From contig ML978121.1 of NCBI GenBank assembly GCA_010015805.1, positions 3,844,001 through 3,908,000 of the forward strand: 64,000 nucleotides of DNA, in the 5' to 3' direction. The DNA comes from Rhizodiscina lignyota. Taxonomy: Eukaryota. The notes under the pieces were generated by a model. That model did not search any database and was not told where the DNA came from. It worked only from the letters and a program-made list of their open reading frames with translations. Below are positions 60,888 through 64,000 of this stretch, one piece after another. Numbering within the stretch: the first letter of the stretch is position 1; each line of letters starts with the position of its first letter. The position numbers and the translations under genes were made by a program.

Positions 60888-63822
60888 TCAATTATCCTTC
60901 ACACCTCTAGCTCTCCTCCTCACCCTCGTCCCGACGCCACCGCTGTCCTCCAGACTGATACCCATATCTCTAACAACGCCGACACTCTCGCTAGCAATAA
61001 CCCTCCTACCGACGACTTTTCCGCCCATCCTGCGAATCATGTCCTCCCTCTCGCGCTGCACCGACGCGTCTTCAAAGACGAGTGCTTGACTCGGCAGCGG
61101 AGGCTGCTTCTGCAGCGCTTGTGTCGCAGGCCCCGGATTATCCGACGTAATCGAGCTGGTCCTGGACAACGGGTTTGATCCTGGGCCCCCGGCGCCGGAG
61201 GTTGAAGGGTTAGATGTCGTAGAACCGGCGCGGCCCAGAACGCGTCGGTTTCGTCGACGGGGTTGGTTCGCTTCGGGAACGTCAGCTGGAGGGGGGATGA
61301 CATCCTTTGCGGAGGGAGGTCGCGCGGCTTGCTTCTGGGCGAGGAGGACCGATATCGCATTATGGATATACCGTGAATTGTTTGGTTTGGGGACATCTCC
61401 ATCTTCAGTTTCACCTTCAGATGGTTGCTTGGCTTGTGTAGATGGCCCCGATGTATCGCCCGCTGGCGGCGTGTTCTCGTCGACTTGAGAGCTCTGCGCG
61501 CCATCAAGTGCTGGGACATCTCTGGTATCGGTCTGAGATTGAGATTGAGACTGAGAGCGGCGTGCAGAGCTGTTCACTTCCGGTGGAAGTTCTTGCAGAG
61601 GGCGAGCACTGGATACGGACTCGGGAGGGTCATCTTCGTCGCGGGCGGGCATGGGAGCTTGAGATCTGGAGGAGTCGAAGCCGTCATCCAGAGCACGCAG
61701 TTTCTTAATATCTTCTGGTGGACGCTCTTTTAGAGGATGGGTACGGGCGGCTGGCTCGAGAGGGGGTTCATGCACTTTGCGAGCAGTCGTCGGAGCTTGT
61801 GACTTGGAAGGTTTGAAGCCGTCATTGAGAGACCGCGGTTTCTTGAACTCGGAATTATTCGTTTTTGGTGCTGCTGGTGTAGACCTATAGAAATGAGTAA
61901 GCCATTGTATTATTAAACGACATGGTTTCAACCCGGAGAAAGCGACTCGGGCCATGAGACTGGCGATTCGAGGCTTTGGAAGCGTGAGCGACGATGTGCG
62001 ACATTCTATTAAGCGCGCGAAAGAGTATGATTAAGGGGGGGGGGGGAGTGCCTACCTGTGCTGTTCCTCCGGCTTCTGGAGCTTCACCGTATCTTGAGTC
62101 CGGGCTTGCGATACCTCAAATGCGGGATAGCGCTGGAGCCTAGGTGTCTTGCTGTATCCTTCAGTCTTCTCGGAAATGGCGTCAAGGAGGTAGTCGTCGA
62201 CGGGGTCTAGTTTCCCGTTATGGTAACTCATCCATAGCCATCTAGCATTAACGACTGGAATCCCGTAGCGGACCGCAAACTGCAGCTTCTCCTGATTTGG
62301 AGTTTCAGAATTGCAGATAAGAACAGATGTTCCTTCTTTGAGATATTCATCGTATCTCCCTCCCATCATTTTGATGAATTTGGCCAAGTGGAGGATGTTA
62401 ATAGGAGCGAATCCAGTTGAGCAGACGACAACATCCTCGAAGCCTTCTATATGAGACTTTCGAGGAGGGCAGCATAATATCTGCAATGTTTCGTCGTCTG
62501 CGGGCTCAACCACTATCTTGCTATGCAGGCAAGTTTCAACCCAGCACTCATTCACCAACTGGAATTTGGCATCGTCTACGATATAATCGTACCGATGCAC
62601 ATGCGTGTCGTGCGGGACAACTAGAAAGCCATCGACCTGTTCGTCTTCAGCGGCCTCACGTAGCTCATCCAGCGAAACGACAACGGCGTCGTTTGATATG
62701 AGGTGCTGACGTAAAATAGAAGTCTTCTTCTCATCAAATCCGTCAATAGAGACAAGCCGATGTTGGAAAATTCCCGCCCGCTGCAGCTTGCGAGACGGTG
62801 CAAGTGCAAGTTTGCCATCGTTATGAGAAGGCTCAGGATCAGGTTCTTGTGTCTCCTCTTCGGTACGCTTCGACATTGTTTGCGAATCGACGTCACCCTC
62901 TTCAGGTTGCACATCCGGTTCTTTGTGGTCTTTTTGCTGAGAAGTGATATCTGCCCACATTGCACCGGCCTGGCTGCCAAATTTCTCACTGACTGTCCTC
63001 CTGAGCTTTCGTCGACTGGGAGCTTGAGCAGCTGTTTGTTCGTCCTCCTGTCTCGGTCTCTTACCAATTACAGACTCCAGTGGCATCTTTCGCCATGCGC
63101 CTTGGCCTCTTTCTTCCGATGGAATATTCGGATCGTACAATGTCTCATCCAGAGCCATCCCACGCACGATACTCTCATTCAGCCATTCGAGCGAAACAAC
63201 TTTGACGTTCCATTGGCGCGCATATTCGTACTTCTTTCCTTTTGGAGCGGCAGCGATGAGGTGGGTGATGTCTCGAGTCAAGTCGCCGCTATACTCTGCA
63301 CCAGATCTTCTAACATTTTGGGAGATTTCCTCTCTTTCGTCTAGATCGTCAAATCCAGTAAGACATATCTTCAGGCCGAGGAATGGTGGTGCTCGATATT
63401 CATCCTCCAGTGCTCGTACATCGACATCCTCAGCGGCCATCCAAGTGTCACGTACAGCAAGAACCCAATCCGGGGTCAAGACCTTGATATCGGGGCGTTC
63501 TTTTGCGACGTATCTGTATTTCGGGGTATTAATGTCGCCGATTAAAAGATGCGTCACGTCAGAGGTGAGGTCGTATTTGTGCTCGGCGCCCATTTCCGCT
63601 GCAATTGCGGATATTTTTGTCTGTACAGGAAGGAGGTATTAGTCGAATTGAATGGGTTTACAACTCTGCCTGATCGTAGGACTGGGCACTGACGCGATCC
63701 TCTGGGCCGATGGATGTACAGCACAAAACAACGCCTTTCAAAGGCATCTGGCTGGCGTTCTAACTGGCTGTCAGCTTCAATAATGGCCGACACGAACGGA
63801 GTGGACACACTTCTGCTGCCAT
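60888..63822 (-). CDS. DPB11: BRCT-repeat replication/checkpoint scaffold (Dpb11/Rad4/TopBP1)
   Basis: PLKGVVLCCTSI, MGAEHKYDLTSDVTHL..TPKY, GLKICLTGF..YSGDLTRDITHLI..GKKY; four BRCT-like units. Start inferred through a short first exon. Confidence 0.9.
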
Positions 63823-64000
63823 AATGGTGCATTGCGAGCGGTGTCGCGTTGTCTGGGACTGGGTCTCTCGTCGGCGTGTCTCGAGCAGTCTGGACAGGCG
63901 CGTCGTCTGGTCCGACGCGTATCTGCGCTGCCAAGAGCTGCATGTGCGGCCTAACCCCAGATGCCCTAGCGCCTGGTCGACGCCACGCCGTTAAAACCCC

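Overview
Intron-containing genomic DNA from a filamentous ascomycete, probably a Dothideomycete (inferred from MAT-locus synteny). The first ~10 kb is a MAT1-2 mating-type locus: the APN2 3' end, an orphan gene, a repeat block with RIP-like divergence, the HMG-box gene MAT1-2-1, a divergently transcribed atypical homeodomain gene, then a PH/SMP (Nvj2-like) gene. Most of the rest is housekeeping: RPS9, RPL21, YAE1, a bZIP factor, an alpha/beta hydrolase, ADE1, LIP5, a GST-like gene, a DUF4449-type gene, an F-box/RCC1 gene, a CrcB/FEX exporter, a uracil PRTase, a SUR7-family gene, SEC21, a putative copper protein and DPB11. Three regions stand out. (1) An accessory island at 33.1-40.6 kb holds a catalytically intact CHAT (caspase-like) protease head-to-head with a ~299-aa beta-rich, non-gasdermin candidate pore-former, followed by two tandem orphan paralogs. 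(2) An unannotated Pol III-type, spliced, U6-like small RNA gene lies at 60.2-60.4 kb, with its B-box inside the intron. (3) The MAT locus contains a homeodomain-like gene. All product calls come from motif recognition by eye; no searches were run.
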